A program made the position numbers and the translations under genes. From assembly GCA_963796275.1 (NCBI GenBank), contig CAWCKY010000007.1, forward strand, positions 352,001 through 416,000: 64,000 nucleotides of DNA, written 5' to 3'. Within the stretch, counting starts at the first letter, position 1, and each line of letters opens with the position of its first letter. This stretch comes from an uncultured Acidobacteriota bacterium (GTDB lineage Bacteria > Acidobacteriota > Blastocatellia > RBC074). Of this stretch, positions 53,688 to 64,000 are shown piece by piece. The notes under the pieces are model-generated. The model made no database searches and had not been told where the DNA came from. It saw nothing but the letters and a program-made list of their open reading frames with translations.

Positions 53688-54821
53688 TCAAGCGCTGCCA
53701 CTCTTTGCCCGCCCAGGAAGTGTGAACCGGAAGGTTGAGCCAACGCCTTCCTCACTTTCAACAGTCACCTTTCCGCCATGCGCCTCGACAAACGTCTTCA
53801 CGATGGCGAGACCCAGGCCCGTTCCACCTTCCCTTTCCGGATCGGTCTCTAGCTTGTCGAAGACTTTTTCTAGCCGGTCTTCTGGGATTCCAGCGCCATT
53901 GTCTCTGACCCAGCACTCGATGTCGCTTTCCGCTCCGACTTCTCGCACCCCGATGACGACTTCGCCGCGCGGGGTATACTTAATCGCATTCGCGATCAAG
54001 TTCTGAAATACACGCTTCAGTAAACTCGCGTCGGCGTAAACGGTTAGATCCTTGGGGACCTCGTTGATAAGTTGCGTGCTGGAGGTCCCGGCCACAGGAT
54101 GCAGATCGTAGATAAGGGCCTCGACCAGCGGCCATAAATCGAACTCACGGCGCTCCAATTTGATGCCGGTCTCAGTTTGGATGTGATCGCTCTCTTTTAG
54201 GACCTTATCAACCAACGCTTGAAGACGCTGCACGTTACGGTGGAGTATCTTTAGCATCTGAGTAGTTTCAGCGCTGTCGCCCTGCCCATGAAAAGTGGTT
54301 TGCAGGACATTCACGCCAAGGGTGATAGCATTGAGCGGACTGCGTAGATCGTGCGCTACAAATGCCAAATACTCTTCACGGCGCCGCTGCATTCCGAGCG
54401 CTTGCTGAGTGGCAAATGTCTGGACGGCCAATCCGATCGCCTCGTCCAGGACGCGATTCAAGATATGAAATGCCTTGCCTGCCAGGCTGAGGCCATTATT
54501 TTCGGCGAGATCGTAGATGCAGCTACGAAGGATGTTGTACTCCGCTACGACCTCGACGATGTTGAAGCCATCTTGAAACCTCTGCATGCCGTGGGCCGGC
54601 GGGCTGCCTTCCAGAAGCGCCTCCGGGATCGTTTGGTCAGACACTAAGCGGAATGCGTCGACCAATTCATCAAGGAGAGGTGGAACATGATCGTTCAACG
54701 CGGGTGTGTCGAGATCCTTCGCTGATGGGAGGTTCCGCACTTGCCCCCTCCATTGAGAAAGCAAAGTATCGCGCTCACGCCGGATGAGCGCTGCCAATTC
54801 GTTGAGATTTTGAAAACTCAT
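53688..54821 (-). CDS. Cytoplasmic sensor histidine kinase with RsbRD_N-like N-terminal domain
   Basis: HDLRSPL H-box, NLIANAIKY, DNGAGI, GTGLGL; N-terminal LNDHVPPLLDEL...HGMQRFQDGF. Confidence 0.92.
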   Translation of the reverse strand: MSFQNLNELAALIRRERDTLLSQWRGQVRNLPSAKDLDTPALNDHVPPLLDELVDAFRLVSDQTIPEALLEGSPPAHGMQRFQDGFNIVEVVAEYNILRSCIYDLAENNGLSLAGKAFHILNRVLDEAIGLAVQTFATQQALGMQRRREEYLAFVAHDLRSPLNAITLGVNVLQTTFHGQGDSAETTQMLKILHRNVQRLQALVDKVLKESDHIQTETGIKLERREFDLWPLVEALIYDLHPVAGTSSTQLINEVPKDLTVYADASLLKRVFQNLIANAIKYTPRGEVVIGVREVGAESDIECWVRDNGAGIPEDRLEKVFDKLETDPEREGGTGLGLAIVKTFVEAHGGKVTVESEEGVGSTFRFTLPGRAKSGSA

Positions 54822-54965
54822 TATTCATACCTGATTTCGATCTCAGTGCCATCTATTTAAGTATATCATTAAAAAAAACTCCTGTTCCTGCTCATCCACT
54901 TTTGCCCGGCAACTTAACTGCCATTCCGCACTTCTGCGCACAATTTGGCTTGACCCCCTCCTCGT

Positions 54966-55017
54966 ATTCAGCTATGTAGTAATCTATGGCTGGCAATAGA
55001 TCACTACATAGCTGAAT
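54966..55017. promoter_or_regulatory. Long palindrome over the padR promoter; candidate PadR operator pair
   Basis: attcagctatgtagtaatctat-N8-atagatcactacatagctgaat (22-bp arms, 1 mismatch); TTGACC at 54950. Confidence 0.65.
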
Positions 55018-55044
55018 TGAATAGCCAAAAATGGGGGATAGAAC

Positions 55045-55371
55045 GTGGACTACGGGATAAAGCTCGGCTACACGACGGCGGTCATCTTGCAGGCGTTGGC
55101 CAATGGATATCAATACGGGTTCGACATAATCGACGTCACGGGGTTGCCCAGCGGTACGGTCTATCCGGCCCTGCGCAGATTCGAGGAAGCGAGGGTAGTG
55201 ACGTCACGCTGGGAGGAGGAGGATGTGGCTGAGCGCGAGCAGCGTTCGCCGCGGCGTTACTACGAGTTGACCAAAATGGGCCACGCGGCGCTGGCCGATG
55301 CGCGCAAGAGGTATCGCGCGTTGGAGAATCTCTTCGTCGGCGCGAAGAAGCCGAAACCGTCGGACGCATAG
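55045..55371 (+). CDS. PadR-family transcriptional regulator (paralog of 49865)
   Basis: [30 protein letters not shown]. Confidence 0.93.
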   Translation: MDYGIKLGYTTAVILQALANGYQYGFDIIDVTGLPSGTVYPALRRFEEARVVTSRWEEEDVAEREQRSPRRYYELTKMGHAALADARKRYRALENLFVGAKKPKPSDA

Positions 55372-55395
55372 GCGAGACTGCCGCGAGAGGGAATC

Positions 55396-58141
55396 ATGCA
55401 GGATCGGAAAAGAGAACGTTCCACATCATTGGCGCAGCGCCTGATCGCCTTGATCGGCGTGATCGTGCCGCGCCGCTTCCGGACCAGATTTCGCCGGGAG
55501 TGGGAGGCGGAATTGGAATACCGGGAAGCGCTGCTGGCGAGATGGGACAGGCTCGATTTGCGCGGCAAACTTAACTTGCTGTGGCGCAGTCTGGGTGCGC
55601 TCTGGGATGCGCTCTGGTTACAACAACTGCGATGGGAGGACGAAATGATTCAGGATTTGCGTTTTGGCGTAAGAATGCTGCTCAAAAACAAAGCCTTCAC
55701 TGCGGTGGCCGCGCTCAGCCTGGCGCTCGGAATCGGGGCTAACACGGCGATCTTCAGTCTGATGGATGCGGCGCTTCTCAAAATGTTGCCAGTCAAAAAT
55801 CCCGAACAGTTGGTTTTTCTCGAAAGAGCCGGCATTACAGGAAACTTCAAACGCACGAGCGAACTCTCCCATGCATTTTTCGAGAAGTTGCGCGCGCAGC
55901 GCGAGGTGCTGTCCGGGGTCTGCACCTTTATTGGTAGCTCGCGCCTGAATGTAGTGGTGGATGGGCAGGCTGATGTCGCCGATGTGCAGGGGGTTTCCGG
56001 GGACTTTTATAAGGTGCTCGGGGTCAACGCGATGCTGGGCAGAGTTTTTACCGATGACGATGACAAAGTTCCTGGTGGACATCCGGTCGCCGTCGTCAGT
56101 TACAACTACTGGCAGCAGCGATTTGCGGGCGATCCGGCCATTGTCGGCAAGAGCATCGCGGTGAGTGGTCACCCTTTTACAATCATTGGCGTGGCGCCGC
56201 CAGATTTTTTCGGCGTCAGGGTTGGCGAATCGCCTGCTCTTTGGACGCCGATAATGATGTACGCGCAACTGAGGCCGGGCGAATCGATCGAGGAGTACTT
56301 CAAATATCCATTGTGGCACGTGCTGGCGCGCTTGAAGCCTGGGGTTACTGAACAACGGGCGAGCGCCGTGCTTTCCGGACTCTTCCAACAATCGCAGCTG
56401 GAGGAGCACGGGCCCCAACTGTCGCCGGAAAGGCTGCAGTCTCTGCGCCGGCAAAGTATTGCGCTGAAACCGGCGAGTCAGGGTTTATCGAGTTTGCGCG
56501 CGCAGTTTTCCGAACCTTTGCGCATCCTGACGGCGGTGGTCGGACTGATTCTTCTGATCGCCTGCGCCAATGTTGCCAATCTGTTGTTGGCTCGCGCGAC
56601 CGCGCGCAAGAAAGAGATTGCCGTCCGGTTGGCCCTCGGAGCCGGCCGTTTACGGCTCATCCGTCAATTGCTGACCGAGAAGCATGCTGCTTGCGCTGGC
56701 AGGCGGCGCGTTGGGACTGCTCTTCGCCTGGTGGGGCAGCGGCTTTTTATTAGCGCTGGTCGGGAGCGGTCACGACCCAGTTTTCCTCAAACTGACGCTC
56801 GACGGGCGCGTGCTCGGCTTTACCGCGGCGGTTTCCTTGCTGGCCGGCATCATTTTTGGTCTGACGCCAGCGTGGGGGGCTACGCGCGTTGACTTGACTC
56901 CCGTGCTCAAGGACAGCGGCCGCAGTTCGGGCGGCGGTTCGCGTCTGAGTTTGGGCAAAGCACTTGTAGTCGCGCAAATCACTTTGTCTTTGTTGTTGCT
57001 GATCGGCGCGGGACTCTTCGTGCGCAGTTTAGAAAAATTGAAGAGTCTGGATGCGGGACTCAATCAGGAGAACGTACTGCTCCTCTCGACCGATCCCCGG
57101 CTTATTGGATATCAGGGAAGACAGATCGCCGAGCTCTATCAGCGCATGCTCGAACGGATCAAAGCAATTCCCGGCGTGCGCTCTGCGAGCTTTTCACGTC
57201 AGGGACTGTTGAGTGGACGCGGGTCCATGGCGGGGGGCAGTGTTTATGTGCGGGGGCACCAAGCGCGCCAGCATGAGAACACGCTCAAGGGAGCGCCTTC
57301 CAATACTACGCCGATCTGCGAAGCAGGACCGGAATATTTTGAAACCGTGGGGATGACGATTCTGCGCGGGCGAGGTTTTACCGCGCAGGATAACCGGAAT
57401 GCGCCGCCTGTAGCCGTCGTCAACGAGACATTCGCGAGCCACTACTTTGGCGGCGAAGACCCGCTGGGCCAGCGCTTCAGTTTTGGCCCGAATAACTATG
57501 AAATCGAAATCATCGGCGTCGTCAAGGACGCGAAGTACGATAACTTGCGCGAACAGGCGCTGCCCACGTATTACACTTCCTATCTTCAATATTCCGCTGA
57601 GCGTGAGACGACCTTTCAAATCCGCACTGCGGCCGATCCGATCAGCGTCATCGCGACCGTTCGGCAAGCGGTACAAGAGATTGATGCCAACCTGCCCCTC
57701 TATAACATCAAAACGCTGGCCATGCAGATCGATGAGTCTCTTGTACAGGAGCGTCTGATCGGCACGCTCTCCAGCTTCTTCGGCCTGCTCTCATTGTTGC
57801 TGGCTGCCGTCGGTCTGTACGGGGTCATAGCTTATGCCGTGAGTCAGCGGACGCGTGAGATCGGAATCCGCATGGCGCTTGGCGCGGAGCGGCGCGCCGT
57901 CTTGAGAATGGTATTGCGCCAAGGAATGAAGATGGTTTTGCTTGGGGTCGGTCTCGGCCTCGCCGTGTCGCTCGCGGTTACGCGCATCATCGCCAGCCAA
58001 CTCTTCGGCATAACGGCTACTGATCCGGTGACTTTCATCGGCGCGCCATTATTATTGCTGATGGTGGCGCTGTTGGCTTGCTTCGTACCTGCTCGGAGGG
58101 CCACCAAAGTGGATCCGCTGGTCGCGCTTCGTCACGAATGA
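55396..58141 (+). CDS. ADOP-family ABC permease with an apparent +1 frameshift at about 56680
   Basis: ctg acc gag [a] agc atg restores LLTESMLL and joins ORFs 55396..56892 and 56684..58141. Confidence 0.85.
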
Positions 58142-58155
58142 AGGGCAACAAACCG

Positions 58156-60909
58156 ATGGCTGATTCGACAAACACAACCAGGTTTCGTTTTTGGCGCTGG
58201 CTGATCCGATTCATCGGGGTGATCGTGCCGCGCCGCTTCCGCGCCCGCTTTCGCCAGGAGTGGGAAGCGGAGCTGGAATATCGCGAAGAGCTGCTGGCCA
58301 GATGGGACCGGCTCGATTGACGAAGCAAACTTGAATTGCTGTGGCGGAGTCTGGGGGCGTTCTGGGATGCGATCTGGCTGCAGCAACTGCGATGGGAAGA
58401 TGAAATGATTCAAGACTTGCGTTTTGGAGTGCGAATGCTGTTCAAGCACAAAGGCTTCACTGCCATAGCTGTGCTGACGTTGGCGCTCGGAATAGGCGCA
58501 AACACCGCAATTTTCAGTGTCGTAAACGCGCTGATGCTGCGTCCGTTGCCTGTTAAGGACCCGGACGAATTGGTGCTGATAGCCAGTGTCAACGGCACCG
58601 GCCCTGAAAACAGGTTCTCCTATCCCTTGTACGAACAGCTTCGCGCCGGCAGCCATTATTTCTCCGGATTCTTCGCCGCCTCGAATGTCTCCAAGCGTTA
58701 TCTGAAGGCCAGCGGAGCAGAGGCGGAGCTTATTCGCACCCAGGAGGTAACGGGCAACTTTTTCTCGCTGCTCGGTGTCTCGGCCACGCTCGGTCGAACG
58801 ATCGCGCCCGAGGATGATCGGCCCGGCAGTCCGCAACGGGTCGCGGTTATTAGCTACAGCTTCTGGCATCGACGGTTTGGCGCTGATCCGGCAGTGGTCG
58901 GAAAGACTATCATCGTTGAAGAGAATGTCCCGTTGACCATCGTCGGTGTCGCCCCACCCAGTTTCTTTGGTGTTGAACCGGGTCAGCATCCGGACCTCTG
59001 GTGGCCATTGCAGACGATCTTGCAGGCCGTTCCAGACCAATCGAGACAGGTACTAAATCAAGATGGAAACTGGTGGTTGCACTTGATGGGGCGCCTGCCT
59101 GCCGGCGTGAACCGAGCTCAGGTGCGGGCAGAGCTCGACGTGATCTTTCAGCGCCACTGGGCAGAGTTCATTAAGCCGAAGGCGTCCTACTGGGACGAGA
59201 AATTACGCCAAGCCCTCTCTGATCGAAAGCTCGAATTGCAGCCGGGGGCTGCCGGATATACCGGACTGCGGGACCAGTTCCGCCAGTCGCTCATTCTCTT
59301 GATGGTAGCGGTCGGGCTGGTGTTGTTGATCGCGTGCGCGAATGTCGCCAGTCTAATGCTCGCGCGCGCCGCTGCACGGCGACGGGAGTTCACTGTGCGG
59401 AGCGCCCTGGGCGCTGGACGCCTTCGGCTTGTGCGACAGCTGTTGACCGAAAGCATGCTGCTCGCGGCGCTCGGGGGCTCGCTGGGGATAGTATTGGCTC
59501 AATGTGGAACGCAGGCGTTGCTGACCTTTATGCGGCTGCAGGCCGATCCCATCGCCTTTAACGTGGCGCCCGATGCACGTGTGTTGTCATTCACTCTTGC
59601 GGCGTCGCTGATGACCGGGCTGCTCTTCGGTTTGGCGCCTACGATACATAGCAGCCGGCTCGATCTAACTTCAGCGCTCAAAGGAGCGACAGGTAGTGTC
59701 GCTGGAAACGCAATGGGGCAAAGACTCAACCAGGCGCTGGTCGTAACGCAGGTGGCGTTCTCTGTGATACTGCTCGTCTGCGCCGGATTGTTTGTCCGCA
59801 CGTTACAGAAACTCAGAGCATCAGACGCCGGGTTCGACCGCGAGAACGTTGTTGTGTTCGACCTTGATTTTACCCGGAGAGTCGATGCCGCACGCCGCGC
59901 AACACTATATAAAGATCTATCGGTGCGGCTGGAGACTCTGCCCGGTGTCCGCGCGACTGGAATGTCCTCATCCTTCGTTCTAGGAGACGCATTCGAACGG
60001 CATATGGTTCGCGTGGAAGGCGACCAGGAACGTCCAGGCGAAGACCACTGCAACGAATTCATGATCAGCTCCCGGTTCTTCGAGACGACCGGAACTACTC
60101 TCTTGAATGGCCGTAGCTTCGGGGCGGAAGATGAAAGACCTGCCGAATTGTCGAAAGCTGATGCTCCGGTTGCAGCTGTGATCAACCAGGCGATGGCCCG
60201 GCGTTACTTCGGCGATGCCAACCCGCTGGGCCGCCATTTCTATTGCAGGTATGAGCCGGAGTTGAAGTTCGAGATTGTGGGAGTGGTGAAGGACGTAAGA
60301 TACAAGTCTCTTCGTAGTCAGTCGTCGCCGGCCTACTACAAACCTTTCTTCCAGGACCAGAAGCACAATATGGAGATGACCTTCGCGATACGGACGATGA
60401 GCGATTCCGGAGCGCTGGTCGCGAGCCTCCGTCGCATCGCTCGAGAGATTGATCCAACCATACAGGTGCGAGACGTACGCAGCCTCACTGATGTGGTGAA
60501 TACTTCGTTGCACAAGGAGCGGGTCGTCGCGCAGCTTGGCGGCTTTTTCAGCCTCTTCGCGCTGGCGCTCGCGTGCCTGGGGCTCTACGGCGTGTTGTCA
60601 TTTGCCGTGGTTCAACGCACTCGCGAGCTCGGTGTGCGCATCGCTCTCGGCGCGCATAGGGGAGATGTGCTGGCCCTCGTGATAAACCAGGGATTGAAGC
60701 TGTCTGTGCTGGGATTGGCGCTTGGCCTCGTTGCGGCGCTGGTGATGACGCGCTTCATTGAAAGCCTGCTCTATGGCGTGACAGCGACCGACCCGGTGGT
60801 GTTCGTTGGTGTTTCTTCGCTGCTGCTGGTGGTTGCGGTGCTGGCGAGCTGGCTGCCGGCGCGCCGCGCCACGAAGCTTGATCCGATGACTGTGCTCCGA
60901 CACGACTGA
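58156..60909 (+). CDS. ADOP-family ABC permease with an in-frame TGA at 58318-58320 (nonsense in the leader domain; re-initiation at MIQDLRFG possible)
   Basis: [18 protein letters not shown] versus paralog [19 protein letters not shown]; the rest is intact to DPMTVLRHD. Confidence 0.85.
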
Positions 60910-60914
60910 AGCAA

Positions 60915-61051
60915 ATGGCCGGCTCTACACAACCAACACAATTTCGGTTCTGGCGCTGGCTGATTCGGTTTATCGGCGTGGTCGTGCCGCCTATATTCCG
61001 GCACGCCGCGCCGCGCGCGTGGATCCATTGGCGGCGCTCAGGTACGAGTAG
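60915..61051 (+). pseudogene. Collapsed ADOP permease: about 25 N-terminal codons fused out of frame to about 21 C-terminal codons
   Basis: [25 protein letters not shown] joined to [20 protein letters not shown]. Confidence 0.85.
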
Positions 61052-61071
61052 GGCGGGGAACCCGGTGGTCA

Positions 61072-62301
61072 TTATTCAGCTGATCGCCGAGACACCACCT
61101 CGACCGCATAAACGTGTTTCGGTCCGTGCATATTCGAGCGGAAAACGATCCACTTCATGTCGGGCGTGAATGTCACGTTCGGTTCCAGGCTGTAATCATG
61201 GTTGGCTAGATTGACCAGCTTCTCGACCTTGAGCGCGCCGTTCTGCGGTTTGAAGAGATATATCCACTGACCGTTGCCGGGGGCGGCGACGCTGCGCGGC
61301 CCGCCGCCGTCTCCTGCGAAAAGCTTATCGTTCGGCGCGGCGTTGAAGTGCACCGACCAGTGCTCGCGCTCGACTTTGTAACGAATCTTCTCGCCCGTGG
61401 CCAGGACCATGCCCGCCAGCCAGAACACCTTGCTCTTCGGGGTCTGCAGATCGTACCAGATGGTGCGGCCGTCGGCGCTGAAGAATTCGTGGCCGGCGAT
61501 CTCCATATCCATCGTGCGCGTGTGAATCTTGCGCAGCCCCGTGTTATCGGTGCGAATCGTCCAGATGCGATCGACTTTGTGCCAGGGACCCTCGTGGCAG
61601 AACATGAGCAGCCCCGGATCGACCGGCGAAAACTGAATGTGGTTGAGCCAGTCGGTCGCGTGATGAAACGTCTTCACCTCGCCGCTCTTGATATTGATCG
61701 TATAAAGAGCCATCGGCAGCCGTGCCGCCAGCCTCCGTTCCATCATCTCGCCCTTCCCCGGATAGCTGTCGGCGCGCCCGCCCGGAGTGGCGCTCGCCGG
61801 CGGAGGTGGAGCGTTTTCGACGCGGCCCTGGATAAAGCTGCCGGCCAGCAGCGTCTCGTCCGCATTGACCGCGAACCCCGAACCGGTGCGCAATTCCGGT
61901 CTATTCACGATGGCTCGGGTCTCGCGAGTATCGAGGTGTGTGACATAAGCTGTCCCGTCCTTGAGGTAGAAGACCTGCCGAGTCTTTCTCCCGACGACCA
62001 GGTGGCTGGCGCGGCCTTCGACTACCTGTTCGACCTTGCGCGTCTTGAGGTCAATCGTGGAGATGCCGCCGGGCGTCGTGATCACCATCTTGTCGCCCTC
62101 AGCCGTGTAGGGGTTCTGGTGAAAGTAGAGGCTGGCGCTGCCAGGTTCGCGAGTGAGGCGAATTACGCGGTGACCGGTCGCCGGATCGACCCATTCGATA
62201 GGCGGCTCCTTTTCAACCTGCTTTGGTTGGTCTGCGTTCTGCCCCCAGACGGCAGCGGCGAGAAGCAGCGTGATACTCAGGCCTCGAGCGATAGAAATCA
62301 T
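61072..62301 (-). CDS. Oligogalacturonate lyase family beta-propeller protein
   Basis: DPATGHRVIRLT, LYFHQNPYT, WLNHIQFSP, FCHEGPW, GHEFF. Confidence 0.88.
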   Translation of the reverse strand: MISIARGLSITLLLAAAVWGQNADQPKQVEKEPPIEWVDPATGHRVIRLTREPGSASLYFHQNPYTAEGDKMVITTPGGISTIDLKTRKVEQVVEGRASHLVVGRKTRQVFYLKDGTAYVTHLDTRETRAIVNRPELRTGSGFAVNADETLLAGSFIQGRVENAPPPPASATPGGRADSYPGKGEMMERRLAARLPMALYTINIKSGEVKTFHHATDWLNHIQFSPVDPGLLMFCHEGPWHKVDRIWTIRTDNTGLRKIHTRTMDMEIAGHEFFSADGRTIWYDLQTPKSKVFWLAGMVLATGEKIRYKVEREHWSVHFNAAPNDKLFAGDGGGPRSVAAPGNGQWIYLFKPQNGALKVEKLVNLANHDYSLEPNVTFTPDMKWIVFRSNMHGPKHVYAVEVVSRRSAE

Positions 62302-62351
62302 GTCATTCCTCCTGATCCGACATTTAATCGTGGAATATTTTTCCCCAGATT

Positions 62352-62452
62352 TAAGAGAAAATCAGTACCGCGAGCGGTAGCGAGCGAGTTTCCTTCAACG
62401 ACCGCTTGAGAGAGACTCGCTCGCTACCGCTCGCGGTACTGATTCTCTCTTA
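62352..62452. repeat. REP-like inverted doublet, copy 2 (same family as 20480)
   Basis: aatcagtaccgcgagcggtagcgagcgagt / actcgctcgctaccgctcgcggtactgatt. Confidence 0.8.
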
Positions 62453-62479
62453 TTCCCCCGGTGCTGTAAATTTCCGACC

Positions 62480-64000
62480 TCAGAAACTCAACTTCAGCGC
62501 GAACTGTAGCACCCTGGTGTCTCTGGTCGCTGTCACCTTACCGAAATTGTCCAAGGTGGGGTTTACTCTGGTCGTGTTGGTATTGATTGTTGTGACAAAA
62601 CCTGTGAAGACCGGGCGATTGAAGACGTTGAATGCTTCGGACCTGAACTGCAGCTTGACCCCTTCCTTGAGCGTGAAGTTCTTATAGAGCGCCAGATCCC
62701 ATTTGTTGACGCTCGGTCCGCGCATACTGTTGCGCCCCATAGATCCGAATGTCCCGCTTCTGGGGCGCCGGAAAGCGAGAATATTGAAGAATTGATCCGC
62801 GGTGCCCGGCCCTTCCGTATTGTAGATGACGTCGGGACGCTGATTTTGAACGGGCCCTACGCCTGCGACATCATCGTTCATAACTACGTCGAACGGGGTT
62901 CCCGACCACAAGCGCCCGATTCCCGAGAACTGCCATCCGTTAAGTAAACCGCCGGCGAATCCTCCGCCGACCAATTTCGGCAGGTACCAGATGAAGTTGG
63001 TCGTGAAGATATGCGTACGATCGAAATCTGATCGCCCGCGTTCCATCCTCGCATCTAAGCCGTTGGGCGGTACGTCCGTCGCATTGCGTTCGCTCGAAGA
63101 ATTGTCGATCGACTTCGAGTAGGTATATGCAACGCCCAGATTCACATTGTCCTTCAGTCTTTGATCGAACTTGGTTTGCAGCGAATGATAATTGCTAGAA
63201 GCCGAGCTCTGCCTTTGCGTTATGTTGCCCCAACCCAGATAAGGCCGCATTGAATTGAGCAGATTTGCGTTTGTAACCAGCGCGAGATTGGGTGCGGGCG
63301 TGTTTATATTCAGTGGTCTCATCAGGTGCGACCCCGATGAGCCGACATAGCTGACGTTCAGAATCGTAGAGTTTCTGAGCTCATGCTGGATGCCCAGACT
63401 CCACTGATTGATGGTCGCCGCCTTCATATTCATATCCAGCGCAGTCAAATTGGGCGATGCCAGACCTTCGACCCCGTCTCCCGGATTGGCCATAGTGGGA
63501 GTGTTAATAGTCACCGATCTCGAATTAGGGAGGTTGTCGAATGAACTGTTGATGTATGTCCCGATCAATGGCCGCGAATAATAGATGCCGTATCCTGCGC
63601 GAACTACCCACTTTCTGGCTCCGAACGGTACCCAGGCGAAGCCTATGCGCGGCCCCCACAGATCGGTGTTGTCTTTCGTCACTCTATCGCCATAAGGAGA
63701 ATTGTTCCCGGCGATGATGACGCCGTTCAACAGATCTCCGGTTCCTGTCGCGATGCGGCCGTTTGTCCTGCTCACTTGCGGAGCTTTCGCTGGGTCCCAT
63801 GCCGAAGGCATAAAATTGGTCGCTACATTATCGATATCCCACGGATTGAAATATGCGGCGTAGCGCAAACCTATGTTGATCGTGAAATTCGGGGTGGCCT
63901 TAAAATCATCCTGTGCGAAGGCTTCAAAGGCTGCGAACCTGGTATGCGCAACGACAGTATGTTCCGCTTCCGCATAGGTATTCACAAGGCCTAAAAGCAT
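62480..64000 (-). CDS. TonB-dependent receptor (Oar-like, acidobacterial type), C-terminal part; 5' end outside window
   Basis: FAQDDFK, GPRIGFAW, GRNSMRGP, QFRSEAFNVFN, RVLQFALKLSF with terminal Phe. Confidence 0.92.
   Translation of the reverse strand: MLLGLVNTYAEAEHTVVAHTRFAAFEAFAQDDFKATPNFTINIGLRYAAYFNPWDIDNVATNFMPSAWDPAKAPQVSRTNGRIATGTGDLLNGVIIAGNNSPYGDRVTKDNTDLWGPRIGFAWVPFGARKWVVRAGYGIYYSRPLIGTYINSSFDNLPNSRSVTINTPTMANPGDGVEGLASPNLTALDMNMKAATINQWSLGIQHELRNSTILNVSYVGSSGSHLMRPLNINTPAPNLALVTNANLLNSMRPYLGWGNITQRQSSASSNYHSLQTKFDQRLKDNVNLGVAYTYSKSIDNSSSERNATDVPPNGLDARMERGRSDFDRTHIFTTNFIWYLPKLVGGGFAGGLLNGWQFSGIGRLWSGTPFDVVMNDDVAGVGPVQNQRPDVIYNTEGPGTADQFFNILAFRRPRSGTFGSMGRNSMRGPSVNKWDLALYKNFTLKEGVKLQFRSEAFNVFNRPVFTGFVTTINTNTTRVNPTLDNFGKVTATRDTRVLQFALKLSF

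Noticed and set aside
58318-58320. In-frame TGA as a second selenocysteine
   Set aside because: The paralog in this window has Leu at this position, there is no nearby Cys or redox motif and no convincing SECIS; a nonsense change is simpler

Overview
This is a bacterial window, most likely from Acidobacteriota (Blastocatellia-like). That call is an inference from the PadR plus duplicated orphan ABC permease (ADOP) arrays, the Oar-type TonB receptor and the many CRTAC1/FG-GAP genes. In order it holds a partial aminoacyl-PG synthase domain gene, an ATP-grasp ligase, a stand-alone membrane-anchored CARF protein, a D-aminoacylase and a beta-propeller di-heme protein. A 13-kb block follows with ASPIC/UnbV-CRTAC1 proteins, an RnfD/UnbU-like membrane protein, an APC permease, a small N@d coiled-coil protein and an ABC importer whose binding protein has an in-frame UGA in a U-H-L-T-C motif (probable selenocysteine). 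Next come rfbBAC, a chorismate mutase / DAHP-synthase-like / prephenate dehydrogenase operon in which the DAHP synthase homolog has lost most catalytic residues, a cyclase, a tandem defective IS701-like element, a DUF1592/DUF1552 pair, an ADP-ribosylglycohydrolase, and a ribose ABC/ribokinase operon preceded by a LacI remnant. The last third has an FAD oxidoreductase, a serine hydrolase, an ankyrin gene with a highly structured 5' leader, a PadR/ADOP region with several broken copies, a sigma54-type promoter ahead of an ORF-less 230-nt hairpin, a histidine kinase, an oligogalacturonate lyase-like gene and a partial TonB receptor. Intergenic DNA contains several palindromic repeat families, including five copies of an element with (TGATAAT)n arms and a conserved core. 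No rRNA, tRNA or CRISPR array was seen. All calls rest on motif recognition by eye; no searches were run.
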